This document shows positions 11,201 through 20,351 of a DNA stretch of 64,000 nucleotides, piece after piece. Where the stretch lies: IMG/VR virus record IMGVR_UViG_3300045581_000334, positions 12,695-76,694 of that record; one strand, written 5' to 3'. Each line of letters opens with the position of its first letter. Position 1 is the stretch's first letter. The position numbers and the translations under genes are program-made. Source of the stretch: a virus. Below the pieces are notes generated by a model, which worked only from the letters and a program-made list of their open reading frames with translations, was not told the origin of the DNA and did no database searches.

Positions 11201-14200
11201 AGCTCTATTTGGATGACTTAATTTAGGATATTTCTTTTCTAAGTCCTTTACCTGATTAATTCTATGTTTAATAAATGAATCTAGATTACCTCCAGATTTT
11301 GTTTTAGCAGCATTAAAATTATCAAATGCGACTTTTACAGCCTGGTCTTTTGGCATTCCAGCATATTCCATTAATTCTGCAGCATCCAACATAACCATTC
11401 TCATTCTTACAGAATCTTCATAGAAAGGATTTTTTATAAATTTAACTAACTGGCCTAATTGTTTTCTATAGTAAGCAGGAGTTTCTCTATACTTTTCTCC
11501 ATAGTTACCTTTGTTTTTCATTACTTGCCCGCCAAAATTATATCCGTTATTAGCAGCTTCTAGTGCATCATATAACCCTGGAATTCTATTTATCTTTGGG
11601 CCAAAGACAACTTCTCCTGGAGTAAGAGCTGCTGTTATTTCTCCGCCACCCTCGAATGTATATGGAGCCATAGCAATCAAATCCTTATTTTGTGGATCTA
11701 ACGAAGCTCCTTGATTTAGTACATAACCTCCCAATGGGACTGTTCCAAGCCTATCGTCATAATTTATTGAAGTTGATCCAGATACAGTTGTCTTGTTTGG
11801 TCCAAAAGATTCTACCATTCCACCATCATTAAATTTAGGAAGTCTTGTTGTCTGTATGCTGTATGGCGCACCAAATGTTCTTACTCCACGGAGTCTACCA
11901 AACTCCTCCATGACAGCCCTGTTGCCTTCTTTTTTGTATAGATCTCTTAATGTGAATTGTCCATTAGCATCAACTACTGGCTGATTCATCAATGGGGCTT
12001 TTGTAAAATCAATTGTTCTTCCACGAGCTGCGGCAAATGCTCCTAGCTCAGATCTCATTGCAGATTCTAATTGTGCATTTATAGCTATGATTTCTGCTTT
12101 AGCTTGATCAACAGTCATTTTGCCAGCACGTAATTGTGATACTATTGCTGCAGATTGTGTCGCAGCATTATCTGCTAATCTAGTCGTAATTGGCAGAATA
12201 TCATCAAAAGTATCTAGTAGTTCGCTGCTTACTGTACCGCCTAAAGCTATAGTCTTTTTTAATGTTGCCACTTCTGCTTCTGTTTGCATAGCAAGTGTAG
12301 ATAGTAGTGCATGATATCTTGCAGCTTCTCCTGAAACTATTCCTGTAGAAACTCCCTTTACTTCTGTTAATCCTGGAATTCCTGGAAGTCTTTCATGCAT
12401 GTATATCTGTGGAGTTCTTCCAATCTTTTGATTAACAGGAATTGCTCCTGGAACTCCGCCTAAAAATGTAGCTGGATTATTTGGGTCTCTTGGATTAATA
12501 TGAGACATTGCTCTTGTATTTAAATCTCCAGAATATGGATCGTTTGGATCAACAACTCTTCTTCCTCCAGCCATTACTGTTGAGCCAGCTACCGTGGTAA
12601 CTGCTGGATTTACTGGGATTGTACCTTTAGCCATTGCTGACTGTAGGTTCATGTAATCTCCAACTAGTTTAGTTAAAGCTCCGTGTAAAACTTCTGCAGC
12701 TTTTGCATCTGAATAAAAAGCTTTTTCCACCATTTGAGAAGCTTTTTCTGCAGCAATTATTTCTGGAGTAAGCATCTTCCATCCCTTTGATCCTTGGAAG
12801 AGTGCTTTTAATGAAACTATACCCTTAGTTACATAACCAAAGAAGTTAGCTAGCACACCAGTTAACATAATTATTGGACCAATAACTGCCGTAAATCCTC
12901 CTAGGTATGTGACTGCTTTTTTAATTGGTTCTGGTAAATTAGTAAAGAAATCTAATACTTTAGTAAATGCATTTATAAACTTTGTTGCGACACCTAAGAA
13001 GTCTTCTCCAACATCTGCAAGGCTAGCTCTTAATCCTTCAATAGCTCTTTTATATTTACCAGAAGCAGATTCAGTTACTAATGTTAATTCTCGACCAGCT
13101 ATTTCTGCAAGTTGCGATGCGCTTGCATTCATTAAATTCATTACCTGTAATGTTTGGCTACCTTCTTTGCCCAAGTTATTAAACAGTGCAGCCATTCTAG
13201 CAAATTGGAATTTACCAAACATTTGCTCAAGTGCTCTTGCTTTACTTAATGGATCTAATCCGTCTAAAGCTTTTTGTAAACCTACTATCATTCCAGTTGT
13301 ATTGCCAACGTTTTGCTGAACTAATCCCATTATGTCTATGCCGAATTCTGACATAACTCCAACTGTTTGCTTTGTCGGATTAATCATGGAGGCAAGACCA
13401 GACTTTAGTGCGTTAGCTGCCTCTGAGGCATTAACTCCACCTTCACGCATGGCAGTCAAATATAATGCTAAATCTTGTACGTCACCGCCTAATTGTTTTA
13501 CAACGGTACCAGCTTTTGGAATTGCTTCAACAAGGTCGTTTAGTGTTGTGGATGTCTGGTTTTCTACAGCGTTTAAAAAGTTAATTGATTCAGTTAATTC
13601 TTGAGTGTTTGATTTGAAAGCTGTTTGAATTGCTAATGTAGCCTTCATTGCTTCTGCTCTATCTACTTCACCAAGAACTGCTAGCCTTGTTGTTTCTTTT
13701 AATGAAGATAGTAGCTGTTCGCCTTGCTGCCCAGTTGCTGCAATATCAGCGGCTAATCCAATTGTTTCTTTAAAATTAACTCCCATTGCATTAGACAATT
13801 CTTTAGATGTATCAACAACATCTTGTCTAATTTTTTTCAAGTCTGCAGAAGCTGTTCCAGCAATATCTCCATAAACCTTAACTAGTCTTGTTAGTTCTTG
13901 ATCTGCTTCTCTAAAAGCTCTAGCAGCTTGCGATCCAAACATTGCTAATGGTACTGTTAAACCTACTGTTAACTGACGACCAGCCCATTGAGTATTTTTA
14001 CCCCAATTAATTAAAGATGTGGCACCTTCAGATAATGCACGATTCATTATCTGTAATTCCATTCTGGCCAACTGGGTTCCATTTCTTACGGAATCTAGTC
14101 CTCTTGGAATCATTACATTGTATTGCATTAAACCTTGAGCGTTTCTACCCAGAGGCTGCATTACTGCATTTTGTAACATTACCTGCTCTTGAGCAAGTTC

Positions 14201-14527
14201 TCTAATTAATCCTTTAGATGTTTTTACATGTGTTCTAAATGTTGAAAAATAATCTCTTAATTTTAATCTACCTGCATCGAGGTTTTTACCAAATTTATCT
14301 ACATCGGATTGTAAATTTACAAAGTGGCTTGAATACATTCCGCTTCCGACAAGCGTATCTCTGAACATATTGTTAGCAATTTTTGTTGCGGAAGCAATTG
14401 ATTTGTTAGATGTTACTAGTTCTCTTTGAAGTTGTTGTAGACTAGCCGTAGCCCTGTGTACTTCGGACACAAGGCTAGACAAGTCAGCTTTGGCGACTAT
14501 ACTCGTTACAATTTGTTCGTCTGCCAC
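5249..14527 (-). CDS. Tape measure protein with internal cargo domains and C-terminal CHAP + LysM
   Basis: 3092 aa directly after the tail chaperones. TP901-like TMP core (EGGVNASEAANALKS), CHAP (WCGRF...HVGLV...IEGN) and LysM (YSVNRGDTLFGIARRFGVS). Confidence 0.95.
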   Translation of the reverse strand: MADEQIVTSIVAKADLSSLVSEVHRATASLQQLQRELVTSNKSIASATKIANNMFRDTLVGSGMYSSHFVNLQSDVDKFGKNLDAGRLKLRDYFSTFRTHVKTSKGLIRELAQEQVMLQNAVMQPLGRNAQGLMQYNVMIPRGLDSVRNGTQLARMELQIMNRALSEGATSLINWGKNTQWAGRQLTVGLTVPLAMFGSQAARAFREADQELTRLVKVYGDIAGTASADLKKIRQDVVDTSKELSNAMGVNFKETIGLAADIAATGQQGEQLLSSLKETTRLAVLGEVDRAEAMKATLAIQTAFKSNTQELTESINFLNAVENQTSTTLNDLVEAIPKAGTVVKQLGGDVQDLALYLTAMREGGVNASEAANALKSGLASMINPTKQTVGVMSEFGIDIMGLVQQNVGNTTGMIVGLQKALDGLDPLSKARALEQMFGKFQFARMAALFNNLGKEGSQTLQVMNLMNASASQLAEIAGRELTLVTESASGKYKRAIEGLRASLADVGEDFLGVATKFINAFTKVLDFFTNLPEPIKKAVTYLGGFTAVIGPIIMLTGVLANFFGYVTKGIVSLKALFQGSKGWKMLTPEIIAAEKASQMVEKAFYSDAKAAEVLHGALTKLVGDYMNLQSAMAKGTIPVNPAVTTVAGSTVMAGGRRVVDPNDPYSGDLNTRAMSHINPRDPNNPATFLGGVPGAIPVNQKIGRTPQIYMHERLPGIPGLTEVKGVSTGIVSGEAARYHALLSTLAMQTEAEVATLKKTIALGGTVSSELLDTFDDILPITTRLADNAATQSAAIVSQLRAGKMTVDQAKAEIIAINAQLESAMRSELGAFAAARGRTIDFTKAPLMNQPVVDANGQFTLRDLYKKEGNRAVMEEFGRLRGVRTFGAPYSIQTTRLPKFNDGGMVESFGPNKTTVSGSTSINYDDRLGTVPLGGYVLNQGASLDPQNKDLIAMAPYTFEGGGEITAALTPGEVVFGPKINRIPGLYDALEAANNGYNFGGQVMKNKGNYGEKYRETPAYYRKQLGQLVKFIKNPFYEDSVRMRMVMLDAAELMEYAGMPKDQAVKVAFDNFNAAKTKSGGNLDSFIKHRINQVKDLEKKYPKLSHPNRAATRTPSSSALNKHIFMLQKFMADDPRFANVSNELKQMKLFDPKVLNTGGVPYLEMRDDQGTKVGVARGHLLRHDQVGHATRGHMGVAAVIDSELNSLMNRLDQIKLRGDVLHLTKADAEESLSDMIKKAGMSRMTTLDDIAVALSDPGNRFPSKKELADIKAGKALPSRATPQQKQSLKMLLQAITERKRWVMVPRGRPPIMTPVLASFNSGGSIPGGSISGGRRNYGNIVPLLTPEKILRVLNTSKQLSSKKSLGEFSNLPVTPYSHQIAPSSGKSYPIPGVSGVYRNENGELVFLKGVPNAITAKSEMYGTRMSREVFGLDSPVQTVRAVKNPYDPSGKSKLLGLESPFDPKFAAGGTKFTEDQMIRQTIASLLLGNKDLSKSNVFGNVLADVGPAGVFPRASMNTEYAASMNSMEKQAMINLLAVRGGARKDFAYNTAPVAAGMSPRQYGAKMKAAMKAMHPKLRAFINSLPESDRAPYISMLSRLEDGMNVNWSKYQPIHANPAFNRGGLIGGGRIVSGRSNYGRPGNPAARAKWEAEQRQKRIREMEAERSRAASHQIYGQQALTTGLGREAVRQGTTSFYNPGAYLRSSLIDPFTSRLAQQAQYMQAVIKNAGVALKQGMNALAIQSLASAKYAVASFKSAGVSLANGMKSYVTDSAAIIKRGIDKTTQILRRGATHDFAKMGYYNATPSMLPPHLQHLAGAKNALQRYIGPVGLTAWTPQVGAEGAMRMHDGKEVLSRKAGPLGFRREQIALRDSATGQVTQMSASAARAAGLSAPTAMQRFQGAMSRGGSSMGMNMGASMAGMAAGSALMAKGQTGLGMAVMMGGSMLPMMLPGIGKGIAGVGKGLTAMKGAFSSAGASASTFAKVMNVLRVVLSKALFVGPLAGIAALTVGIGVLIKKTREWNRDAQLRFGMNAKAAEQAGIQYTSLADKMKLIAQRQTQLQNAGKSGMGGISGLNMSMEELKQAKEFAKENMGEFVASFDRADASNIAELATNIKAQFIAAGMSVEEANKKIMGMIAASKNSKLAINVMTNSAFAGVKDSSTAAEYSVKHLSQTIKAGDKEVDQYKTKVIEGMSSVIDLTDKSIVSISGQKNALGEVKGEYAALVEVTNKMKSQGFDQVVGIEAFQKLPSELQAIAKESDTIAGIYAKWRLYVKGVQVDLKGLSSETAAQLDRYLTAFTAAQDKLIDAGKKAFSTGLGLSGMDGTFKQIGFTMANLQSIIDKTGREAALAQQKASRAAEDQNEKLQKQIDLIREAANEKLKALDATEKRESYELQIQKARLDYQAAIAKGDFQTAERARLDLIQLQKTYQAEQARLAIQEDAARKEKALQDQQKKNAEEEKKRQREFQDAQAEAARAQEAMAKIQNYTQQYKDLLLQKQTNEFIQDPKLRVDAQRQTDNQLKSLVKEIQAAGLVTKGNKGFDIAGDIKKAFGKFFDSSGKALNFDSVSQAPTYDPKTGLQLNSVFTKGKMGDVLNRDLELVRSQAMLITGGMTIKQLAESISRDMGNQFTPTGSAGVTVNPGTKPKDVSKSKDLYTAARDAEAGAKQPERVQIDGIVYNVFTYKGKRYASPVGSTGEVYDYSDVLKTKGNRVKNFVTGGAVTGPGTGTSDSIPAMLSNGEYVINAASAANIGYENLDRLNRMKDGGPVGRFGAGGDPDLKNIFGMNLEMGTKSAMLRVAEKAIGYIEKATNNPVAKALTGAISRVLPSFDLWCGRFINWVSSLAGVKIPNVVGTAAGYSSFRSKKRLYQNPEPGDLVFFDFGRNKNITDHVGLVSRIVSKNVIRTIEGNTSGSNQTNGGMVAVKNRKFGPYNPRAGIYTRGFGRPDYRDATKTTDLVGGDLAPHNLGNAKDYSVNRGDTLFGIARRFGVSLNSIIKANPQLTENSKYMGGFRLFKGTDIRIPRFATGGTVGNPPRRMYSTAGPVMGNVTIGDIVINAAPGMDERALARAAAQEVFAVMSNRNLQMGGQVKVIR

Positions 14528-14530
14528 TAA

Positions 14531-14896
14531 TTACTCCTTAGAGTATCCTAACCCCATTCCGATTCCAAAACCTGCATCTTGTGCAAAACTTCCTTGTAGT
14601 GAAACGACGTCGTCTCCACTAGCTGTTATGCCAAGAGCCCTTCTTTGGATATCATCAAAAGTAGGACCTTCTTTTGTTTCTGCTTCATCATCAATTTGTA
14701 TTCCTTTTAATGATGCTGCAAATTTTCGCTGGTTATGCTCCTTCTCGTGCATTGTTTTTAGCGTCTGAAGAAGCTCAGGCATTGATAAATTTTCTTCTAA
14801 CTCTTCGTAATTCTTCCAATGCCCCAGAAGAAATACTTCACCTAATAATGCGGCTAGATCTAGTTCTGACCAGCTAGAACCGCTGCCGCTATCAGG
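14531..14896 (-). CDS. Tail assembly chaperone, -1 frameshifted (GT-type) C-terminal part
   Basis: The frame of ORF 14531..14782 is open upstream to the slippery site at 14896-14902 (PDSGSGSSWSELDLAALLGEVF...MPELLQ). Confidence 0.8.
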   Translation of the reverse strand, partial: PDSGSGSSWSELDLAALLGEVFLLGHWKNYEELEENLSMPELLQTLKTMHEKEHNQRKFAASLKGIQIDDEAETKEGPTFDDIQRRALGITASGDDVVSLQGSFAQDAGFGIGMGLGYSKE

Positions 14897-15192
14897 TTTG
14901 GGTCGTCCATCTTAATTCCGCCGCAAACTTCAAGGATGCGATTGATTGTTGGAACGTCCAATGCGTCTTCTAATTTTTCTCTATCAGCAGCAAGTTCTGG
15001 CAACTGTGTTTCCAGTGCTACTGCACATGCTTCGACTAGAATTCCTAATGTGACATTTTCATCATTAGAATCTTGTGTCTTTTTTACAACTTCCATAAAC
15101 TTACGTAGTTGCTTGATTGATAATGGCTTTAACTTTACCTTAGCGCCATTCTGTAATTCAATTTCTTCTACATCATATACTTTTGTAGCCAA
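14860..15192 (-). CDS. Tail assembly chaperone (gpG-like)
   Basis: Lies between the major tail protein and the tape measure; contains a slippery heptamer near its 3' end. Confidence 0.85.
   Translation of the reverse strand: MATKVYDVEEIELQNGAKVKLKPLSIKQLRKFMEVVKKTQDSNDENVTLGILVEACAVALETQLPELAADREKLEDALDVPTINRILEVCGGIKMDDPNLIAAAVLAGQN
14896..14902 (-). other. -1 ribosomal frameshift slippery site C CCA AAC
   Basis: X XXY YYZ heptamer in the correct frame; the -1 frame joins the downstream ORF. Confidence 0.8.
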
Positions 15193-15248
15193 TTTATCCT
15201 CCTTTAGGATTCTAAATTATTATAGCATAAGGAGTATGCAGATACAAT

Positions 15249-15278
15249 AAATAAGCCCCCATTTCTGGGGGCTTATTT
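15249..15278 (-). terminator. Intrinsic terminator after the major tail gene
   Basis: AAATAAGCCCCC-N6-GGGGGCTTATTT perfect hairpin. Confidence 0.8.
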
Positions 15279-15299
15279 GTTAATAATTAAAATTAATTA

Positions 15300-16007
15300 T
15301 TATGCTACTAGTACACGGTCAATAATCTTGCCGTATTCTGTACCAGTTTCATTAGCATCTGGAAGCAGACGGAATGTTACTGGGAATGTAGTTGGAGTCG
15401 TACGAGCAAGTGAGAATTGTGACTGTTGAACAGACAATACTCGACGTGCATAATAAATACGCTCCGATAATGTGCTATTTGCTGTTGGAGCCTGTCCAAC
15501 TGCAATTAACTGACGCTCTGTTGGCGCTTCGCCAAGAGCTCCAGCAACAAGACCAAGAGTGTCTACCTTAGTAGCTCCTGTTCCTGTTGATGTCAAAGAA
15601 CCTGATTGCTGTCCGAAAACAGTTACAACGTTTTCTAGTGTACCTTCGGACATTTCTGTTGCGATCATAACCTCCATCGCTGACTTGAACAGCTTAGCTG
15701 TATCAAGAAGCTGATCTACGGTTACAGAATCATATGTTGGATTATAAGTAATTTGAAGACCATTGTTAGTAAAACCAACGTTACGGTATCCAAATTTACC
15801 TGCTTCCTGATCAACGCCATTTAGAGTAGTCGTGTACGATACTCCTGATGCAAATGCTGGGACGCCTACTGTTCCTGCGCCTGAAGCAATTGCTGAACCT
15901 GGTTCTGCGTTTGTGATGTAGTCTGCATCGTTAATATCAATATTTGATAAGAACAACGGTGACGCACCAACAAGAATATTTTTAGCATTACCTACGGATT
16001 GTGCCAT
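15300..16007 (-). CDS. Major tail (tube) protein
   Basis: Position in the tail module; NILVGA and GFTNNGLQITY motifs; followed by a terminator. Confidence 0.85.
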   Translation of the reverse strand: MAQSVGNAKNILVGASPLFLSNIDINDADYITNAEPGSAIASGAGTVGVPAFASGVSYTTTLNGVDQEAGKFGYRNVGFTNNGLQITYNPTYDSVTVDQLLDTAKLFKSAMEVMIATEMSEGTLENVVTVFGQQSGSLTSTGTGATKVDTLGLVAGALGEAPTERQLIAVGQAPTANSTLSERIYYARRVLSVQQSQFSLARTTPTTFPVTFRLLPDANETGTEYGKIIDRVLVA

Positions 16008-16112
16008 GAGTTTTTATCCTCCTATTTCATGAAATTAATATATATATATATTTGGCTGGCTAGGCCCTTTCCTCTATGTCTAATTATAGGGTAATAGATA
16101 GTCTAAAGCAAA

Positions 16113-16622
16113 CTAGGCAAACCTGCCATTATTGTCTGTAATCCTTGAATATTTGACCTCTAATATTACGTCCGCCGCAAAGAAGCCCTGTAGCTCCTCG
16201 GATGGGGCTGTTGGAGAAATGTCTGCTATAAATATGCTATGGAATTTAAACTTGTTTGAAAGCTTATCCCAATAATTTACATCCCTAGCTGAATCATCCA
16301 TTCTTCTAAATTGGTCTGTCATGAAGTTTCTTATTTCTACTATATCTATAACCTCTGTAGAATATATTGTGAATAAGATTTGCTCACAGCAAATAAGCCA
16401 GTTGTTCTCGTATGATAACCCTATCTTGTCATAGACTATGTGCTTCTTACCGCTCAAAAATTGATTCATCTCTGGAGCCTGCTGAATTGGCAATATTGGG
16501 ATAATAGTCTCGTCTAAATTGTCACTATAATAATCATTAGGATTAAATATATTAGCCGCCTTTAGCTTTTCCCATAAAAACTTTCTAAGTTCAAACACTG
16601 CGTCTAGTTTATAGTTAGGCAT
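16113..16622 (-). CDS. Tail terminator / neck protein
   Basis: Synteny (directly upstream of the major tail gene) and size. Confidence 0.55.
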   Translation of the reverse strand: MPNYKLDAVFELRKFLWEKLKAANIFNPNDYYSDNLDETIIPILPIQQAPEMNQFLSGKKHIVYDKIGLSYENNWLICCEQILFTIYSTEVIDIVEIRNFMTDQFRRMDDSARDVNYWDKLSNKFKFHSIFIADISPTAPSEELQGFFAADVILEVKYSRITDNNGRFA

Positions 16623-17406
16623 TAGATACCCCCGTAAAAGCCGCTAGAAGGGCCGCATCAGCCTCGCTGGCAACACTATTAGGTGAGAACTTATACTTAA
16701 CCGTTTTAATCTGTACAGGGACCGTCAGAGCCTTTGTCATGGCAGAATTAAACAGTCTTTGAAAGCCAGACTTTTTAATAGACATATTGACTAATTGTCC
16801 TGTAAAAAAATATTTATAAGAAGATAAAAATGAATTTTTAGTTGCTGCTCCACCTGGCTTATTTACTGTAACTGATTGCCCTTTAGGCATAAACACAGTA
16901 TAACCATTTACATCAAAAACTAATCGTTCAGATTTTCTGGGACTAATTACAACTGTTTTGCCCTGCTCCATAATAAAAGCTTTTTTAACAAATACATGTT
17001 TATGATTTGAATTTTCTGAAGGCACAAAAGATTTTGAATCTAGCAGCTCATAATTTAATTTAAATGATAATCCATCTTGGACCAACTTATTTAACTTAAA
17101 CAGTCTTGCTTCTTTTGTTCCAGCCTGATCCCACTCATAAACATGGTGAAAAGATTTTGGATTAGTTCTAGCTTTTGCATCTATGTATTCTCCAAAGTCT
17201 TTGTCTATCTGCCTAAATAATGTTTTACTGAATGAATTTTGAAATGCTAAATTGGAAGAAAGTTTAGCCAGCACATTTGTTTTATAGAATATGGCAGCAG
17301 ATATCTGAGCTACAGTGCTATCTTTTATTGCACCGCTAATTGGCTGTCCAGCCATTAGATTAACTAATCCGCTAGCAGCCTGAAGGGCCATTGCTTCAGA
17401 AGCCAA
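16615..17406 (-). CDS. Neck / tail completion protein
   Basis: Synteny in the head-tail module; HHVYEW motif. Confidence 0.5.
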   Translation of the reverse strand: MASEAMALQAASGLVNLMAGQPISGAIKDSTVAQISAAIFYKTNVLAKLSSNLAFQNSFSKTLFRQIDKDFGEYIDAKARTNPKSFHHVYEWDQAGTKEARLFKLNKLVQDGLSFKLNYELLDSKSFVPSENSNHKHVFVKKAFIMEQGKTVVISPRKSERLVFDVNGYTVFMPKGQSVTVNKPGGAATKNSFLSSYKYFFTGQLVNMSIKKSGFQRLFNSAMTKALTVPVQIKTVKYKFSPNSVASEADAALLAAFTGVSNA

Positions 17407-17824
17407 TTTGCTGATTCTCCGATCTTTTTACTGATGAATTGTATCCAATAACTTTTCCAAAAGGATCTGTTATAGGAGTAGTGCCCATTATTTCAAACAC
17501 TGTTGGTGTATCATTTGGTGAGTTTATTTCTGTCCATATATAATTGTTGTTAGCATCTCTAATGTTTGTTATTTTTTCTCTCAAGGTTAGTCTTTGTGCA
17601 GTTCTAATTTGTAAAACCTGATCATTATAATACTTGTTTCCCATAACCTGTTTGTCGCTTGTTCTGGTAGATGATGAGTTACTTATTACTCCCTTTGCGT
17701 GACATGGCAAAGTTTTGTAAAATATCCATTGCTTTTTAATTGCTCCAGTATCTGGATCTTGCTCATCTGTTTGTCTGTAAACATCTAACTTCATAGACAA
17801 GACTGCATCTACGATTGTGTTCAT
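17396..17824 (-). CDS. Head closure (stopper) protein
   Basis: QDPDTGAIKKQW motif, size and synteny. Confidence 0.6.
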   Translation of the reverse strand: MNTIVDAVLSMKLDVYRQTDEQDPDTGAIKKQWIFYKTLPCHAKGVISNSSSTRTSDKQVMGNKYYNDQVLQIRTAQRLTLREKITNIRDANNNYIWTEINSPNDTPTVFEIMGTTPITDPFGKVIGYNSSVKRSENQQIGF

Positions 17825-18801
17825 TAGATTATTGCCGCACCAGATAATACGTAGTCTGCCAGTAATTTATCGGCATAAGCATTTCCAGTTCCTCTAAATA
17901 CATCTACATTGTACTCAAAATCCCAATCGAAAGTAGACATATTTTTTATGTAGTTATTCTTCCAGTTAATATCATTTGAGAAATAATCTTTCATAAGCTC
18001 TATTCCAGCAAGCTCTACGCTATCGGGAACCTTTTCCCAACCAAATCTGCCATTAACTTCGTAAGTTGTATCTGATCTAAATACTCCGCTAGAATCATGT
18101 ATGCTGGGAGGAACCATACCGTTTGCAGTATAAACAGTATTGTCTAACATAGCAGCACGATTTATTCTTAATCCATATCCTGTTGTAACAATTTCTACAT
18201 TGTAGTTCCAATTATTAATACCTTGAATATTATTTACTAGCAATATATCGTTTGCATATAGTTCATGAAGATCATACATTTTTGCTGGCAAGGGGAGTAC
18301 GTCTGAGTTGTATCCAGTTATTGAATAAGACTCATCATATAAATAAAACTTTTGATGGGTATATTCCTCTATACGCTTTCTAGCATACTTTTCTGCACGA
18401 CATAACTCTTTATATGATTTATAGTTTGGATCAGAAGGATCTATGCTAATCCCTAAATCTTCTATATGGTTAAAATCCACATATGGAGTTACTACAAAAA
18501 CCTCATCCTCTTTATATACAAATTTTTCTCCAATATAATATTCCCACTTTAATCTCAGTGTTTTATTTCTATTGGTGTGGTTTAACGGTATATAAACAGT
18601 ATAAGACCCAGGATTAGTTTCATCCGCCACCGCCGTCAATGTTTCTAAAAGTGTTGTTGGTGCAATTGGAGGATTTATTGCTGGGTCGTTTGTAACATCG
18701 TAAACTTTTACGATAGGATCATTTTCTGGAACTGCTATATCGCCATTCCAGAATATTTGATGCGTTACTGGAGATTGTGAATTTAATAATATCTCTGCCA
18801 T
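17824..18801 (-). CDS. Head-tail adaptor protein
   Basis: ARKRIEEYT...FGWEKVPDSVELA pattern of gp6/gp15-like adaptors. Confidence 0.7.
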   Translation of the reverse strand: MAEILLNSQSPVTHQIFWNGDIAVPENDPIVKVYDVTNDPAINPPIAPTTLLETLTAVADETNPGSYTVYIPLNHTNRNKTLRLKWEYYIGEKFVYKEDEVFVVTPYVDFNHIEDLGISIDPSDPNYKSYKELCRAEKYARKRIEEYTHQKFYLYDESYSITGYNSDVLPLPAKMYDLHELYANDILLVNNIQGINNWNYNVEIVTTGYGLRINRAAMLDNTVYTANGMVPPSIHDSSGVFRSDTTYEVNGRFGWEKVPDSVELAGIELMKDYFSNDINWKNNYIKNMSTFDWDFEYNVDVFRGTGNAYADKLLADYVLSGAAII

Positions 18802-18810
18802 TTAGCAGGT

Positions 18811-19209
18811 TTAGTTGTAGTACTCCTGTACCTCTCTTGGCGTAGCCAACCTAAACCCTTCCTCCTTATCAAAAATTTGCTGTGCTTTTTCAGGCTTCAT
18901 AGCAACAAAAGGATGTTCCTTTGTAAACGTATGTCCTGCAATATCATATCTATAATTTGCACGTGTCATTCTAACCAAAACCATGTCGTCTTCTAACTCT
19001 TGGTTAGGGTCAAACTTTGGTAAAACTTCTGGTGCTTCTTCTTTTGAGTCTTCTATGTTTTTTAGTGTGCTTTGATAGACTGACCAAGTTACGCCTTCTT
19101 CTGCCAATGCGGCAATAATATCTGCTTTATTTTTTAGTCCATCTGTTTCTACGGCAAAATCGCCAGCAATTTGCTTTAGCTCTTTTACCTTCAGTGTGTC
19201 AAATGACAT
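18811..19209 (-). CDS. Head-module protein with N-terminal SAP/Rho-N-like helix-extension-helix
   Basis: LKVKELKQIA...GLKNKADIIAAL; directly after the major capsid gene. Confidence 0.55.
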   Translation of the reverse strand: MSFDTLKVKELKQIAGDFAVETDGLKNKADIIAALAEEGVTWSVYQSTLKNIEDSKEEAPEVLPKFDPNQELEDDMVLVRMTRANYRYDIAGHTFTKEHPFVAMKPEKAQQIFDKEEGFRLATPREVQEYYN

Positions 19210-19259
19210 ATTTACTCCTTTGGTATGTAAATAAATTATAGCATTAGTAGGTTAAAAGG

Positions 19260-19290
19260 AAAAGCCCCCAAAAATAATTTGAGGGCTTTT
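19260..19290 (-). terminator. Terminator after the major capsid gene
   Basis: AAAAGCCC...GGGCTTTT hairpin with T run on the minus strand. Confidence 0.7.
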
Positions 19291-19316
19291 CAGCAGTTTT
19301 AATTCCTATTTATTAA

Positions 19317-20351
19317 TTAGGAAGCAACTTTAACGTTCTTAACAACAACCCACGCATCTGCCTGCTCGATTTGGCATCCAACACGAGTATACATTGTATA
19401 TTCGATGGAGTCCTTCTTCGGCCAGAAGAAGCGATAAACTGTCACGTCACGCTTAATACCAATAACTACGTTATTTGGGAATGTCAAGTGGACATCTCCG
19501 AGATCATTGTCAGCACCCTGGGTTTCCTTCAATAGAGGAACTTCGACAATTGGAATACCAAATGCGAATGGAGCTGTGAATCCAGCTGGACCACCAAGAC
19601 CTGCGGTCTCACCACGGATAATGCTTGCAGCAATATCTTGTGGGTTGACGTTAGAAATATTCTGTGATGTAGAATATAAATAATCTTGGATCAAGTTAGA
19701 TCCTGACAAGAAGCGAAGATCTGGTCTACGCTGCTTGTACTTACGTGGCATAGCCTTAAGTGCGCTATTGAAGATAGAGCGATCAATGACTGCTCCATCT
19801 GCATCAACGACATGGCCGTTAGCCTTAGCAATCTTTACAATGCCGTCAAAAGCCTTGTATAGGTTGTCTGAGCTAAGAGCAGTATCTCCATTAAGGACTA
19901 CGTCCTCAAGGTCGTTACCTGCCTGTGTTGCCATAAGTCTTGCAATATGATCTTCGAGATCGGCACCTTCAATGTTATCTTCTAGAGACTCTGTTGAAAG
20001 CTCCCAATCTAAACGAAGCTTCTTTGTTGTGAGAGAAATCTTTGAGAACTGTACGGCAGAATTTGTGCCAGTGTTCTCGGCTTCAGCGGCAAGCTTCATA
20101 AGCTTTTCGCCAACTCCAATACGATCTATCTCAGTGGTATCAGCTCGCATGCGAACTGTACGTGCTAGCTTTCCGACTACTGTTGCATCGAACATGTAAT
20201 CAAGGAATCTTGCGGACTGCTCAGGATTGAGCAAGCCACCCTTACCCTCGGAACCGACATGGATTCCATCGGTGGGGTTAGCTGCTCCAACCATACTACC
20301 TGTTAGGGTTGTATCTGCTGCAGCCGCTTTAGCTAATAGTTCATTACTCAT
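19317..20351 (-). CDS. Major capsid protein (HK97 fold)
   Basis: GGLLNPEQ, ESLEDNIEG and DLEDVVLNGD motifs; follows the protease gene; biased codon use. Confidence 0.92.
   Translation of the reverse strand: MSNELLAKAAAADTTLTGSMVGAANPTDGIHVGSEGKGGLLNPEQSARFLDYMFDATVVGKLARTVRMRADTTEIDRIGVGEKLMKLAAEAENTGTNSAVQFSKISLTTKKLRLDWELSTESLEDNIEGADLEDHIARLMATQAGNDLEDVVLNGDTALSSDNLYKAFDGIVKIAKANGHVVDADGAVIDRSIFNSALKAMPRKYKQRRPDLRFLSGSNLIQDYLYSTSQNISNVNPQDIAASIIRGETAGLGGPAGFTAPFAFGIPIVEVPLLKETQGADNDLGDVHLTFPNNVVIGIKRDVTVYRFFWPKKDSIEYTMYTRVGCQIEQADAWVVVKNVKVAS

Noticed and set aside
6186-14205. Plus-strand ORFs within the tape measure (e.g. 8430..9101) and similar ones over capsid and fibre genes
   Set aside because: Antisense shadows of long, codon-biased genes.
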